A stretch of 64,000 nucleotides of DNA, from NCBI GenBank assembly GCA_958009085.1, contig OY253686.1, positions 434,001 through 498,000 of the forward strand. Direction: 5' to 3'. Origin of the DNA: Protoeuglena noctilucae. Lineage: Eukaryota. The first letter of the stretch is position 1. Each line of letters begins with the position of its first letter. Of the stretch, positions 1 through 13,672 are shown in pieces. A program made the translations under genes and the position numbers. The notes below the pieces were generated by a model. The model had not been told where the DNA came from. It saw only the letters and a program-made list of their open reading frames with translations, and ran no database searches.

Positions 1-407
1 ATCCCGGCTCGGGATCGCCGACCCGCGTCAAGGCGTCTCAGGTGTTCACCAAGTACCTCTGGCGGGAGCAGGCGGACGTGCGGGTCGACGAGGGCGAGGT
101 GCCACTCATCGTCGCCACGCAGGCGAGCCACGCGTCGCATGTGATGGTCCTTTATACTTTGACTGGATGTCGCGTAATCGCACATGTGACCATCCCAGCT
201 TGCATATGGATACCAGGAGCCAGCTCTAAGGCAATCGCTGCAGTCATGTTTGGCCGTCACATCGGACCCCTTTGTGTCTTACTTCCGCAGGTGGTCTCGG
301 ACTATCTGACGGCCTATGATGGGGAGGATAGGATGATGCGCGCTGGGAACAAGCCCGTGGTCCAGTACACGTACCGCATGGCCTTCTTCAAACCCCGGGC
401 AGTCTAG
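1..407 (+). CDS. 3' end of a DUF6816-like protein (partial; one GC-AG intron at 123-290)
   Basis: Spliced peptide ...KASQVFTKYLWREQADVRVDEGEVPLIVATQ|VVSDYLTAYDGEDRMMRAGNKPVVQYTYRMAFFKPRAV*, TAG at 405-407. Family assignment is from recall of the TKYxW...IVATQVVSDYL...YxYR pattern. Confidence 0.55.
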   Translation, partial: PGSGSPTRVKASQVFTKYLWREQADVRVDEGEVPLIVATQASHASHVMVLYTLTGCRVIAHVTIPACIWIPGASSKAIAAVMFGRHIGPLCVLLPQVVSDYLTAYDGEDRMMRAGNKPVVQYTYRMAFFKPRAV

Positions 408-449
408 AACTGCAACTACCTTCGTGAGATTTGAAGCTCTGACGCCGCC

Positions 450-3400
450 TTAAGCCCTAGCACGCTTGTCGTCACCCGCACCCTCGCCCTCGCCCTCCCG
501 GCCCCTCTTCAGGCCCCGCTGGACGCCCACAATCACCAAGTCGTCGTCGCTGTCATGCCCCGCCCCGTTCACAACCACCTCCAAGTCGTCGTCATCGCCA
601 TCGCCAATCAACGCGTTGCACGGCCCCGCCCCCGACGGACCCGCCCTGTCCCCGCCGTGCCCCGCGCGCTCCGCCGGCACGTGTGCCTGCGCATGCAGCA
701 AGTCACAGATGCAGTCCGTATACTGAGCCACAAGCAAGGTGCTTTGCACCCCACAGTGCATGCCCCACACCCCAAGACCCCACATGCCCCAGCCACCGCA
801 TGCCCCGGGCACCTCCCCGCTCGGCTCACCTTGGGCGCCTCCCCCGTGAGTTCAAATCCCTCCGGGAACTCCTCGTTATTTAACACTGCGACGTGCTCCA
901 CGCGCAGCCGAACATCGAAGTCCTGCATATGGTCCTGCAACACCATGACGCTCCCGCCCCGCACCCCGCGCTTGGGGAGGCGGGCGAGGGGCATTGAGAG
1001 GCGGCGCTTGTAGACGTCCAACTCGTCCTGAGGGAGAAATTTGAATTTGAGGATCTTCACAGAAGCGTGGGTCGAGGCGTGAGATGGCGCGCCTGGGTGG
1101 CGACGATAGCCATCGCCCGACAGCCAGCACTTAATAGATATCTATCGCCCCAGATCTATGTAATATATCGCCCTTTGTCCCATTCTCGTCCTCACCTCGT
1201 CCAGGTCCGACCCCTCTTCGTACAGCAGGTCCGTGTCGTCGCAGTCGATGAAGGGCCGCGCCAAGCCGAGGCGACCCTTGGCGACCTTGCTCACCACGTC
1301 CCCCAGCGTGGCCGTCTCTGCATGGTGGGGCAAGCATGTAACGAAGCGATGTGGGACATGCTGCTCTAAGAGAGGGCTCGTAAAGAGACGTGTCGGACAA
1401 AGAGTTGTGAGTAAGAGCAGTCAACCATTACATGCCCCATCGCATGCCCCTGCGCCGCTCACCCGTGTTGACACGCAGTAGCATCTCCGCCTTGCCGCAC
1501 GCGATGCACCCGGGCCTGGGTTTCGGGGGCGGCACCGCCTGCAGGAGCTTGCCTCGGAACCTGGGGCGCTGCTCGCTGGCGGGGCTGAGGCTCGTCCACT
1601 TGCAGTGCTCCGAGACGCCCGCCAGGACCTGCGGGGGATGAGGGAGCGAGAGATATGGCGGAAGATGAGAGAGAGATGATTGGTGGGAGAAGTGAGGGAT
1701 GGTGTATTCAAATGACAGCTACTTCATCTCATCTCATCCAATCGGATCCCATGAAGAGTTGATGCTATCCATGTCGAAAGCCTCACCTTGAGGGCCTCGA
1801 TGGTCATGAGGCCAGCGACGATGGCGTTGGTGGTGGCGATGGCGTGGATGATGTTGCCCGCCATGCCCTTGCACTCAAACAAGCCCTGCTTCGGGATGCC
1901 GTAGCACGACGCCCTGCACAAAAGGGAAAGACAAGCCTCTTGCCACCTGCCTGAGAGAAGGCAGGCAGGTTCGATACTGCGGCAACAGCCGCCACCGCCA
2001 CCGCCACTCCCACAGCTGGCAGTGCCAACAATCCCCACAAACCTCCACCCCTCTCCTACAAACACCCATCCACTCTTCTCTCGCCTGAGGTTCGATGCCG
2101 CGGTGACGAACGCCACCGCCACATCGTCGTCCTTGTCAAAAACCGCCGCCCCCAGTTGGTCCGACCGGGGCCCCTCGTGGTACTGCCAGACACACGCCAG
2201 AAACACCCGGGCGCTCTCGGCGTCCGTCCAGGGCTGCTGGGTCTTCCGGCACAGCTCCCGCAGCGCCCCCGACAGCGCAGGCGCCCCGTCCTCTCCCTCA
2301 GGGACCAACACATCGATGTCGAGCGGCCGCGGCTTGGACCTGCAACGGGCACGCAGCAGAGTCTATTGTTAATGTCCATCTACATCCAAAGCTTTTACCG
2401 AGGTCGGCACCGGAAGGCACAGTTACGTGGGACGGGAGAGAGCGACAGTGCCAAGCATCAACAACGCTCGTGGGATTTGAACAGCACCACGCTCACCGCG
2501 CCTTCCAGAGGTCTTCCATCCGCAGCACCCTCTCGATGTCCGTCCCGTACACGCGACGGAACACCCTCCTTGCAAACGCCACCGCGCCCTCGCCCTCGCC
2601 GCGCAGAAAGACGCTGCGGTGGGTCCCTGAGCCACCGGGCTCCTCGGCGCCGCCGTTCGACGCCCCCGCCTCGCCGTCTGCGCCCCTGGCTGGCTCGCCC
2701 TCCGCAGCCGCAGCGGCGGGCTCCGAGGCAGCGGGTGCGGCGTCACGTTCGTCAAGATCGGTCACCTGGGCCAAGTCAGAACAAAGGGACAATTGCATCA
2801 ACTGAGGCCCAAGAAAGGTGACCGCATACACGCAAGTGCACATAGCCAGTCCAGGCTTGAAGGCTGCTGAGGTCGGTTGTCAATGACTGTGCTACGCACG
2901 GCAGCAAAGCCCATGCAGCCGCTGTGCGCGCCTCGCCTGGTCCTGGGGCCCGAAGAGGCGAGAGAAGAGGAGCTCCTTGGCCCACACGACGCAGTGGATG
3001 GGGCGGTCAGGGGTGTTGCGGATGGTGCAGATGGGGAAGGTTTTGGGGGCGGCGTGCGGGGCGCATTCGAAGCACTCGGTCTCGCCCTTGACGTGCACCA
3101 ACGCTTGACCCTGGTAGCCGTTCGTACCCGACTCGAGCAGCGGCACGCCCGCGGCCAGGCACATGCTGCGGGCGAGCGAGGGAGGCACAGCGGGCGTGTC
3201 GCGCTGCCGAGACTCCAAATCCCGCGCCTCACCCGCAAAATGGCACAGATGCAAATAAGCAGCGCAGATGGACGAAGCAGCACAGAAATAATCGTCACCG
3301 GTTCACGTGGCGGCGCGCGTCGAGGTTGTCGAGCCCGTTCAGGACCAAGCGGAAGCCCCGGAACCAATCGACGCCGAATCGCGATTCCTTGATGTTCGCT

Positions 3401-3882
3401 TGAAGTGCTTCGATCTTGACGCCCGGGCGCATGCGTGCAGCAGCCTCTCCAGCCACCTGCAAACGGGACGCACGTCGCTGTGCCACGAAATGCCCGATCC
3501 GCGCTCGCAAAGGGGACATGCTGGCCTCCTGCTCGCCTGTGCCTTGGCATGTCCGACATGGTGCTTCCGGAAGAGGAATTGGCGGTTCATGTTCGACGTC
3601 TCAATCGTATCCAGGTCGACCACGGTGATGTCCTTGAAGCCCGACAGCACCAGCGTCTTCAAAAGCTCGCACCCGATGCCGCCTGCGACGAACGAGGCGC
3701 ATGGCCATTGCTGTACTGGCGCGTCGGACCAGCGAGCATGCCGACCCTTTGGACGGGCCAAGCGAAGCGCTTCGCACGCTGCCGGCCCTGTCACCTGCTC
3801 CCACGCACAGGACGCGCGCCTGAGCAGCCAGCGTGCGGACATCGCTGCTCACGACACGGGACTGCCACTCCGCGGACGCCAT
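450..3882 (-). CDS. UBA2: SUMO-activating enzyme subunit 2 (about 11 exons)
   Basis: Spliced motifs [61 protein letters not shown], catalytic [51 protein letters not shown]. Acidic/basic tail ends KRARA*. ATG at 3882, TAA at 450-452. Confidence 0.95.
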
Positions 3883-4199
3883 CGCCCCCAACTTCTCCGT
3901 CAGCAAAGCGGAGGCAAAGCAGGGCCCTGCTCCCTGAACGAGGCGCGGAGGCACTTCAGCGATGGCTTCCAACCTCTTGTCAGCGTTGAATCGAGGCAGG
4001 GGTAGAAGCATCGACCTGTGGACGCGGTTGCTGGCGCCAAGCGTGCCAGCTATCGTGCAAGTTTGGCCCCCGTGGGCAAGAAAGGCTTGCATCTATACTC
4101 TGTCGTTCTTGAGTGTCACATGCCGGAATAATGAGCCGCTCTCCATAGGTCCTTGGGCCGGGTAGCGCAGGGCATGGCGACACCACGGTGGGGGGGCCG
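3883..4199. promoter_or_regulatory. Probable bidirectional promoter between UBA2 and the large orphan gene
   Basis: Divergent ATGs at 3882 (-) and 4200 (+) are about 320 bp apart. No specific element recognised. Confidence 0.4.
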
Positions 4200-7100
4200 A
4201 TGGAGGGCGTGGCGGGCGCCGGTTCGGGGCAGCCGGACCATGCCGAGGCGCGTGAACTGGCAGAGACGCTATGGACGCAAGTGACGGACTGCCTTCCGGA
4301 GGACGCTGCGGCCGTCTCGCGCCTCACGCTCGACCAGCTCCTTCGTGCCTCGACAGTCGACATCCAGGCGAGCGGACGGCGCACCGCTCGGTCGCCGGCA
4401 CGCGCTAACAAGTGCATATTTCACTGCGCATTGCAACACTCGGCGCCGCGCTGCCTGCAGCGCTATCGTAACCGATTTTCTGGCCCTCTTCACAGCAACT
4501 GGACGCAGCTGTGTTGGTTGTGCGTGAGGCGCTCGAATGGCACCTGGAGGAGCATCCCTGGGAACGAGACACGGCGACGCGAACTCGCCGAGTGGTACAG
4601 GCGAGCCCTGCAGTGTGCGTCACCGAACTCAGGACCCCAGCACTTGCTTGATTGTTGCGATGTGCGCCTCTCGTGTCCCTCTGCCCCCAGGCGTTCTCTG
4701 GCGTGTGGGATCTCGTCTGCACTCAGCTGGAGGCTTCATGTCGGCGCGGGGCCGGGTCATCAACGGCTGGGGGAGGCGCAGGGCTGGGCTCGGCGGAGGC
4801 GGAGGCAAATGCCATATGCCACCTCCTCCTGGCCCTCTGGGGCGACTTGCTGCTCGCCAAGGCACGAGCTGGTCTCCTCGGCGGCGACCGGGGCATGGAT
4901 GGGGCACCAGCCGTGGGCCAAGCAACCTCGGCTCGCGGCAGCCGAGGCGATGAGGAGGCCACACAAGTGGGTGTCGTGCCGATGTCCATTGACGCCGTCA
5001 CGAGGATCCCCTGGGGCCCGCGCCTGTGCGGAGCGGTCGCCCGCGTTGCGGTCAATGCGGCCTGCGCGTGCGGGTCGCTGCCTCGGGAGATCCTGGCCCC
5101 CCTGGCGTTTCAACTGGCGGGCCTCTGCACGCACGGCATGGCGCAGCTCCTCTCAAGGGCCCTGGCGATCGGCGCGGAGGGCAGCGATTGTCCTCATGAC
5201 GGCATCAGTGCTCTCCAGTTTGCGTCTTCAACAGATCCCAAAGATCTTGGGGCCGAGCGGGGCGTTGACGCGCCTGCTGGGGCAATGCTGGGAGGACATG
5301 CGGGTTTATGTGGTGACGCGGCGCAGGGGTTTTCGTCCACTACGGGTCCGTCGTGGTTGCCAACGACAGATGGGGCTTCTCTGCAGTCGCTGGCCGCCCT
5401 CGGTGCGGCATGGGAGCTGGGTCTGCCCGTAGTGTCGCCTGCGCTTCAAACTTCACAGCCGGCAGCTGGGGAGTCGGGGCAGAGTGCGAGCGGGAGAAGC
5501 GGGGCGTGTGGGGTGGGGCTGGCGGGGCTCAGCGAGGTGGTGGGGGACTTGCGTGTGCTGACGCAGTTGACGCGGGTGGTGGGTGCAGATGCGATGCTTG
5601 ACGGCGTGCTGTCCTTTCTAAACAAACGGGAGGGATGGACGTGTGGCAAGTGGTGCCGCGAGGGGTGCTGCGAGGGCTTCGCATGCGGCGCTGGCGAGGC
5701 GAGTGGCGAGGTGCGACGTCGGGTGGTTGGGGCTCGGTTGGCAGCCCCTGTGCGGTGGCTGGGCCAGTCAGTTGTGCCTAAAATGTTTACTTGTTGCGGT
5801 GCGCGCAGAGGGGAGGCGACGAGGCGGACGCGTGGCTGCGGTGGGTGGGGGCAGTGGCCGTCGTGTGCACTGTGGCGCGCGATGGGGACGCGCGCCGGCA
5901 TGCGGGTGCGCTGCTGGAGTGGGCCGCGACGCGCCTTGAGCCGCCAGACGGGACGCGCGCTGAGGGAGCTAGTGTTGACAGGGGCGAGGGCAGGGCAGGG
6001 CTGGCTGATGTGGTGGGAGGGGCGGTGGCGTGGTTGATGGTCGAGGCAGCCGGGGCGGCGCTAGTTACGACAGTGGCGGTGGATGGCGGGTCGTTTGGTG
6101 GCTGGGGTGGCTGCCAGGCTGGCGAGGGAGCTGAGAAGCCATGTGAGAGGGGCGGGACTACGGTGTTGGGGTTGTCTCTGAGCCGCATCGTCTGGGCTCT
6201 TAAGAGCGGCGGTGGTATCCGCGGCTCTCGCGAGAACGACAGGGCTTCTAATGGGACCGGGGATGCGTGCGGGGCAGCCGCGACGGGCGCGTTTGCCGCT
6301 CGCGTGGCAAAGGCGATGGGCCCGTGGTTGCGTGGCCTGCTGTCGACGGGCGCGCTGGTACACGCACCGCTGGGACACAGCAGCGACAGATCGTGCTGTG
6401 GGCCGGGGCAGGAGGCGGTGCGCTCGCTGTTGAGCGCAGTGGAGAGTCGGGCAGCCTCGTCCCATGACGCGGGGTGCGGGCTCTGGGTCGGGGCCCTCGC
6501 GTCCGCATCCGCGCTGCTGCAAGCCGGAGCGCCGGGTGAGTGCTTTGTTTTGTCATAAAAAGCGTTCATTTGGTCAGTTTGACGTGCCCCCTTGCTCGCT
6601 CTGATTTGCGCTGCAAGGTCGTGCGCAGCTCTGCAAGCCCCTAAACATCGCGTATTTTTCATTCAGCCAGCTTGCCCGCTCCCACAGGTTGCCAGGCGCA
6701 CTTCATCGACCCCGCCCTCCTCGTGGCCCTGGGTCCCGGTCCTGCCCGTCTGCTCCTGGTCAGCGCGCTCTCGTGCCGCAACCCCGACAGCGCTCCTGTC
6801 TCCGACGGTAACGATGGAACTCAAGACCGCTCTCATGGCCCCACTCATGGCCCCTCTACGGCTGAGGCAGCAGAGGTTGAGGCGGACGGCATCGTCGCCA
6901 CCCTCGAGTGCGCCTCGCACTTCCTGACTCATGCCGCGTCCCTCGCTGGGCGCAACGGGAGCTCTGTGTTTGAGGGACAAAGCGATGTCGACGTCTGCGC
7001 TCTTTGGCGACTGGCGGGGGCATGGGCGGCTGGGCGGGGCACGGAGTGGGGTGCCACGGCAGGACCCCAATCGGCGATGCCCTGGGCGCTGCGTTCGCGA

Positions 7101-10100
7101 GACGACCTGCCGGCGAACTGCGCGGGCACGTCTAACAGCGCTGCTGGGGCTGCCCGCGCGTGGGCCGCGCTGGGCTGCGACATGGCGGTCCTGTCGCTTG
7201 CGCGCCTGTCTGACAGAGTGCCAGAGCAGTCCCTGGGGAGGGTGCGCGGTGCCCTCCGGAGCCTCCTGTCGGTCGACGGGCTCTCCAGCGTGCCCAGCGA
7301 CACGCAGCGGGCGTTGTTTATGGCACTCACTCAGTCAGCCCGACCATCGGGGCACTGCGCTGGGTGCGCTCCTTGCTTGGGCGGCACGGGGAGGACGGCG
7401 CTGGGAGAGGCGCTGGTGGGATTGTTCGATAAAGTCCTGCCTGCGGATGGCCGCCCGTGGCTGGGCGCGATGTGGGATGCGGCGTACTGGCGCGGGGCGG
7501 ACGTCGAGCCGGCAGTGCCATGCGTGGACCTGCTTGGCACGTTGCACCTGGCCGCGGCGCTCGTCGCGCGCGGAGGTAGCGGCGCGGGCGCAGATGCGCT
7601 CCGCGCCACGCTGCTCGCCCTGGGGAGGTCCCTGGATGAGGAAGGGCTCGCCCGGGCGTTTCTGGCGTCGGGGGCGGTGGGCGCCACGGTGCCTGTCCCT
7701 GTCAGGAGGGCCGACTCTGGCGCGGAACTGGCACCGGAGATGAGCGGGGTGCTCGCAACCGATGCCGGGGCTGAGTCGGGGCCGACGGTGGGCAGCGCAG
7801 GTCAGGCTGGGACAGGGAACACTGACAGAGTGGACGCGCCGGTGTCCCCCGGCGTGGGATTGGACGTGGGCGCTGTGGACAGCTGCGAGACCACTCCGCG
7901 CGGGGCGGGGACGGGTGACTGCGGAGGCACAGGAGAGGGCACAGGCGGGGGTACGGGTGGGGGTACAGGGGCGCATCGCCGCACGAGGGCCCTGCGGCAC
8001 CCAAAGGTGCCAGCCCCGCAGGCGCTGGAGTTCCTGACTGGGCTGCTCGCCGTGTGCTCTTCGGCCACCGCCGCTGCGCAAGTTCCACGGTCGTTTGTGG
8101 GCGGAGGAGGGCCGGAGGGGCCTGGCGGGGAGGCAGTGGGTGATGATGGTGTGGTTGCGGGGCGGGGCAGCGAGGGCTGCAGCACCGGCAGCCGCTTGGA
8201 GCGTGGCGTGGAGTCGTTGCCAGACATGGACTGCGTCATGGGTCCCAATGATCACTTGGATGGCCAGGGCGACAGTGGCAGTCGAGACCGTGCCTGCGCC
8301 CGCATCGCGCTGCTCCTCGCCGCCACCTCGCGCATCGCTGCGGCGCCCGCCACGCAATGCTCGTGGCTCGTGGCGCCCGACGCGGCTCTCTCGGCGCTGC
8401 GAGGACTCGCAGGTTGGCTTGACCAGTCAGGGCCGAGGGTTGGGGGGTCCACAAGCGCTTCAGGAGACCAGTCCCGCGCACCTAGAGAGCGAGGGCCGTC
8501 GGGCCGCACGCCTCGCAAGTCCGCGCGGCGGGCATCGACGGGCGCCGGTGGCGGCGTGGGCGACGGCGGTGGGGGCGACGGGGACTTGGCTCGGGAGCAA
8601 CGCCGAGCGCTGGCGTGGTCAGCAGCAGCGGTGTGCATGGAGGCGCTTGCGTGCCACTTTTCGAACCCTTGTAAGGATCGTGCGTTGTTCTCTTCGGAGC
8701 GCACGGAGAGCGATTGGCCTAGCGCTGGGCAGCCAAATGTCGAGGCAGCCGCCGTCGCTACCATCGCTCTCCGGTCTCTGCGGAGCACGTGTCCGGGTCG
8801 GCGACTCCCGTTTGCAGATGCGGATAAGGACGCGCCGGCGGTTGCTGCCACGGGGGGTGGTGGTGTTGCAGAGACGGACATCGGGGCGGCCGTCGCGCTC
8901 TGCGAGGTCCTGGCCACACTCACGGGCACAGCTGACGCGCTCGGTGGCGCGCATGCGGATGTGGCGGCGCAGGCTTTGCGGGAGGGCGCGCTGGCGTTGC
9001 TGGGCTCTGTGGCGCGGGCCAGTGCGTCGGGGGTGCTGCCAACTGGCAACTGGGGGGCCGTGTGGACGCCTGGCGAGAGGCAGGGTGAGTGGGGAGCGAC
9101 GGCGATATATGGTGCTGATAATAATGCAAGCCATTGTCTGTTACACGTTATTATTACCTGCCCCGTAGCCCATCGCTTGTCCATGATTGGTTGGGGTTCT
9201 TGCGATGCCTGAACTGTGTTGCGCACGGTGCGCTGTGTACCATGACCCCGCAGGCGCGATCCGGACATGGTGCCTGGCGACGCACGCAAACAAGTTTTTT
9301 GCTTCCGAGTGCCAAGCGGCTGCGTGCAGCGAGCCTCTGTGGGCGACCTCCCTGTCGCTCTTGGCCCTGCTGGCAAACGCCCAAGGGGACCTCTCACCCA
9401 CGAGCCCGGCGCTTGCCGACGTGGGCGAACTCCGCGACGCTTCCGGCGCTCGGGCGGAGGCGCAGGCGACGGGCAGCCGTGCCGTGCGGCTGTCACCCAG
9501 GGCAGCGCTAAGGACTGTCACAGCCGTCGACGCCGTTGCGCAGCTCGCATGGGTGAGGTGGCTACCCGGGTTGACCAATACTCAAGTCTCTCTGTGTCTT
9601 TGACAGTGTATGTGCTTTCTGTTATTATTACCGACGGTCACCGACCCCAACCGCGCTTGCTCGCCTGTCCCCGCAGTCAATCAGCACGGCAAGTGCGGGC
9701 AAGGTGGCAGGTGCCCAGTGCTTGATCGAGTTGTGCCGCGAGGCGGTGGGGCTTCTCGCGAACGGCGCGCCGGTGGCTGGGCCGGACGCCAGTGGCCGCA
9801 AGTGGTGGCAGCCGCCGACCAGCCATGTCACTCCGGCCTATCTGTCCGCCCTCACAAGGCTGCAGCTGGTGACGGTGGGCATGGCTGCACGCGCAGGAGA
9901 GATTGCCGACACAGACGGCGAGATGGAAGCATCGGATGTGCCTCCCAGGCTGCCGGTCTGGGCTGCGGCTGTAAGGTGGGACGGGTGCGAACCCGACGCT
10001 TCAGCTTATGGTGACCAAGCGGTGTTCACCACACGTTCTGTACCCCACTCGGAACCCGCGAGCGTGAGCGGTGGCGCGCTGCGGCCCACGGGGCGGGAGC

Positions 10101-12559
10101 TGGGCGTGGTGCTGTCCCTGCTCGCCACCGGCAGCGTTGCGATTGCCTCACGATGCCGCATGGGGTTGCCTGACGCCAAACGCCTGGGCGCAGCTCGCCG
10201 GCACGTTATGGGCAGCACTCCTGCAGAAGCGGCGCTAGTAGTGGGCCCTGCGCAGACCGGGAAGGCGGACGGCGGTGTGGCGGGATCTGTGGGGGCGTCG
10301 ATAGTCCCGGGGAGGGCTGCGAGTGCGGTGACACCCTTGCGCATTGGGGACGCGACGGTGGTGGTGATGCGGGCCTTGGCTGAGGTGGTTGGCGGTGTGG
10401 AGGGGGCGCCTGACGTCGACCCTCGTGCATGGTCCCTGAACGCACCACCGCCAGTTAACGTGCTTCGTGTTGTGATGCTCCCCGCCATGCACACTGTCTT
10501 CGCCGCCATTCCCTGTACCGGAGGGGATGCCAGGGACGCGACGCACGGCGTACCGCTGGCCGGGGATACGGGGGCGAGCGCGGGGGCGGCGGGTGCATCT
10601 GACGCCCGCTTGCCAGAAACGCCCCCGGGTCTGACGGACGACGAGGATCGGCTGGTGGTGCTCGCGGACGCGTGCGCCGCGCTGACGGCCGTGTCGCTGC
10701 TCGTTTTGGGGGCCAGGGACGCCGCGTTTACATCCCAGGGGTCCCGGACTATGCCCACGTCACGCACCGGCACTGCCAGCCAGGATGTCAGCCGAGCCAC
10801 TGGCGGGGACGCAGCTGACACGATTGGCGGGGACCGGGGCAAAGACGCAGAGACTGACTGGCCTGCATCGGTGCGTGCGCTGGCGTGGGCGATGGCCCCC
10901 GCGGTCGCTGGGGTGTTGCGACTGGCGCGCAGCGAAGCCGGGTGCCTCTCGCGGGTGTTGCGGGGGGGCGAAGAGTGCGGTGCGCGAGTTGGGGCACATG
11001 CCAACGGCTCAGGCGCCGTGGTTTGTGGCGCGGACTGCGATGCTCACATCCACGCGGCCATCGATGGCATCGAGCGGCACTTGCAGCTGTCGTCTCTGCC
11101 GACGTCCCGCGGCGAAGGGGCTGGGGTCAGCGAGGGCGAGGGAGGTGTGGAGAAAGGCGCAAGTGTGGATGCGGGCCCGTGGGTATCTGAGTATCAAGAC
11201 TTCCTGGAAGCGAAATGCACGGCCCTGGCGTTCGCTTTCTTCCTGGCCGGAGCTTGCCGGGACGTCCTGACTGCCGCAGTGTCCTGGGCGGTGACGGCGG
11301 ACGGGTCGACGCGTAGCGGGGTGGCTGGCGCCGACGTGGGCCACGCGATGCAGGCCCTGTTCGAGGCGGATGCGGTTGAGGAGGCGTTCCGGGAGCTCTG
11401 GGAGGCGGCGTGTGAAGTCCAGGTGAGGGCATTGCACCTGTGTTGCAAGTGGGCATTGGGGGTGGGTGGCACTGCTGCAGAGTTTGGCATGCACAGCGAG
11501 GTTATGGTGGTGACACAGCCATGAGGCTGAAGCTGATTGCTGAGCGTGATGGAATGAAATGTGGCCTGCCCCGCCGCAGGGATCTGCACCGATGCACGGA
11601 GCTGAGGGCGGGGCCAAGGCCGAAGAGAGCAACGTGGGCGGTGGCGACACGGATGATCGCCATGCGGGATCAGTGCCCTCAATGGCATCCGTGCACAGTG
11701 TCGGTGGCGATGGCACTGGCAGTGCTGCAGTCACGCCCGCTGCGCCTTTCGCGCCCCCGCCACCCCACGACGCATGCCTGCCCCTGCCCGCTGCCACCGT
11801 GTTGCCACCCCGTCGCACGGCCCTCGCTCTGGTGGCAGGTGTCGCAGTGCGTGCGATGGGAGCCTCGATGGAGCCATTCCGCACTCGCCTCGCTGCGTGT
11901 GCGGTGGACATGGAGCTTCGCAGGGGCAACAGCGCACTGTGGCAGGCACACTCGCTAAATGAGATCATGGAGGCCCTGGGGGTGCCCCGCGTCACGGTGA
12001 GTGCGGCCTGCTTCTATACGGCAAATGTGCTTTGCTCACTGTCATGAGGGCTACCTGCGTTGTAACTTTGCTTCGCTTCCTGACAAAGTTGACCCGTGCT
12101 GGTGTTGAGTCGCAGGGCAGAGACGGCCGAAAACGCAAGGGCAAAACCCGTGGTGGGGGTCTCCAAACTGCGGGCGTGTCGAAGAAAGCAAGTCGCCCTG
12201 CAGTGACCACGCCACAGGCTGTGAAAGCGGAGGGGCCGGGAGATGCGACAGGTGGTCAGGCTGATGGCGGCGGGGGCGTCGGGGCAGGGACGGAGGTTGC
12301 AGCCAAGCCGCGGAGGCGGCGCAAGCGGCGGCGGGCGTATGTGAATCCGTTCGTGGCTGCGGCGAGGGGCGAGGGCCTTTCGGACGGGGAGGCGGACGAC
12401 TACGATGACCTGGAGGACTTCATCGTCTGCAAGCCCGGGAGGGACTACAGCACGTATTTTACGGGGCGATGGGCGTTTGGGGGCGACGGGAGCGACGAGG
12501 AGGAGGCGGTGGGCGGGGGCGGCGACCGCATCAGTGGGCACCCTGCCACTCCTGGTTGA
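4200..12559 (+). CDS. Very large Ala/Gly-rich protein of unknown function (multi-exon, more than 2000 aa, model approximate)
   Basis: Chain of long same-strand ORFs (4652-6037, 5791-6558, 6672-9212, 9187-9603, 9704-11524, 11559-12047, 12032-12559) separated by intron-like stretches. The C-terminus has RRRRKRRR and YVNPFVAAARGEGLSDGEADDYDDLEDFIVCKPGRDY. Confidence 0.6.
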
Positions 12560-12697
12560 GTTAAGTTGCTGCTAGCTTACGGAATCTGTTTTAAAAATGT
12601 ACAATGATTACTTTTCTGCCAGCCAATGGGTTGTGGCATGGAGCACCGTCAAGAGTAGCAATCAATTAATGACTATCATCGGCACAACGCTATCATG

Positions 12698-13503
12698 TCA
12701 TGACAGGCGCCAGGGGCCCACTGGCCTCCCGCAGAGCTCGGACGCGAGCCCCGCCGCGAAGTGACGGCAGTTGTTGCCCAGCAGCGTCAGCCTGGTGTCG
12801 TATCTACTGATCCATGCCTCCGCCACAGCCACTGCGGTCACGACCACGACACCCGGCGCAGTTGCTGCTGCCGCTGCCATGGTTGCGACACTCAACCCGC
12901 GCAAGGATGCAATGTGACTATAATGGTGACGATACTGAAAGCAGGAGCCGGTTGGATTAGAGACCAATCCAAGGAAGGACCCCATACTCGCGCGGTTCCT
13001 GCACAGCAGCTCTCACCTGTGCCGTCGAGACCAAGAGCACATAAATCGGCCCGCACGTCCCCCAAGACGGACGTGCGGATGGATGGAACACCGTTTAGGG
13101 GTCGGCTGCGCGTCAGGCCCTGCATAAAGGCAAAGATGACCTCAGGGTGCATTGCTGCAGCATGCCATGCAGCTCTTCTAGCAGCCCGACGCGGCCTGAC
13201 CTGGGTCGATCCGAGAGTCATGAGGCGCGCAAGATTGGCTGGAGACGAGGCATCGCGAGGACGGAAGTCGAATGCATGCGCCCGCGCTGGGTCGTCCGTG
13301 TCGGCCACGAGGAGCACGAGATGCCACGAGAGCTCGACGTTCGCAATGTTCAAAAGCGGTTCGAGAGGCTCCAGCCCCTCAAGGGGGACGCGGTGGATGC
13401 AGACGCGCAGGGCGCGCGAGTAAACGCAACGGTGGCCTGTCCGCGCCCCCCAGCGATGCCGACACAGTCCATCGCGGCGCGGGGTCGATGCGTAACGCTG
13501 CAT
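12698..13503 (-). CDS. Permuted papain-fold (PPPDE/NlpC-P60-like) protein
   Basis: HRVPLEG...WHLVLLV...AFDFRPRD...LARLMTLG and C-terminal YDTRLTLLGNNCRHFAAGL give His-before-Cys order. Middle exon boundaries and start are uncertain. Confidence 0.55.
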
Positions 13504-13672
13504 CCGACACGTGTGCACGTGTTTGTGCAAGCGATGCTGTCGAAGGGAGCGACGTGAGCTGTGCTCAGCCGCCAATGCAGAGGTGCCAGCGACACACCTT
13601 GTTTCCACTTAGGCAGTCGATTGCAGTGGCCACCGTCACTGGCCGCACATCCCTGGCGGTGGCGGTGGCGGG

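Noticed and set aside
7335..11995. Long antisense ORFs over the orphan gene and elsewhere
   Set aside because: Expected shadows of GC-rich coding sequence, with no motifs or splice structure.
450..13503. SUMO-pathway cluster (UBA2 plus a deSUMOylase-like gene)
   Set aside because: The genes are 9 kb apart, the PPPDE-like function is unproven, and neighbouring genes are otherwise functionally unrelated.
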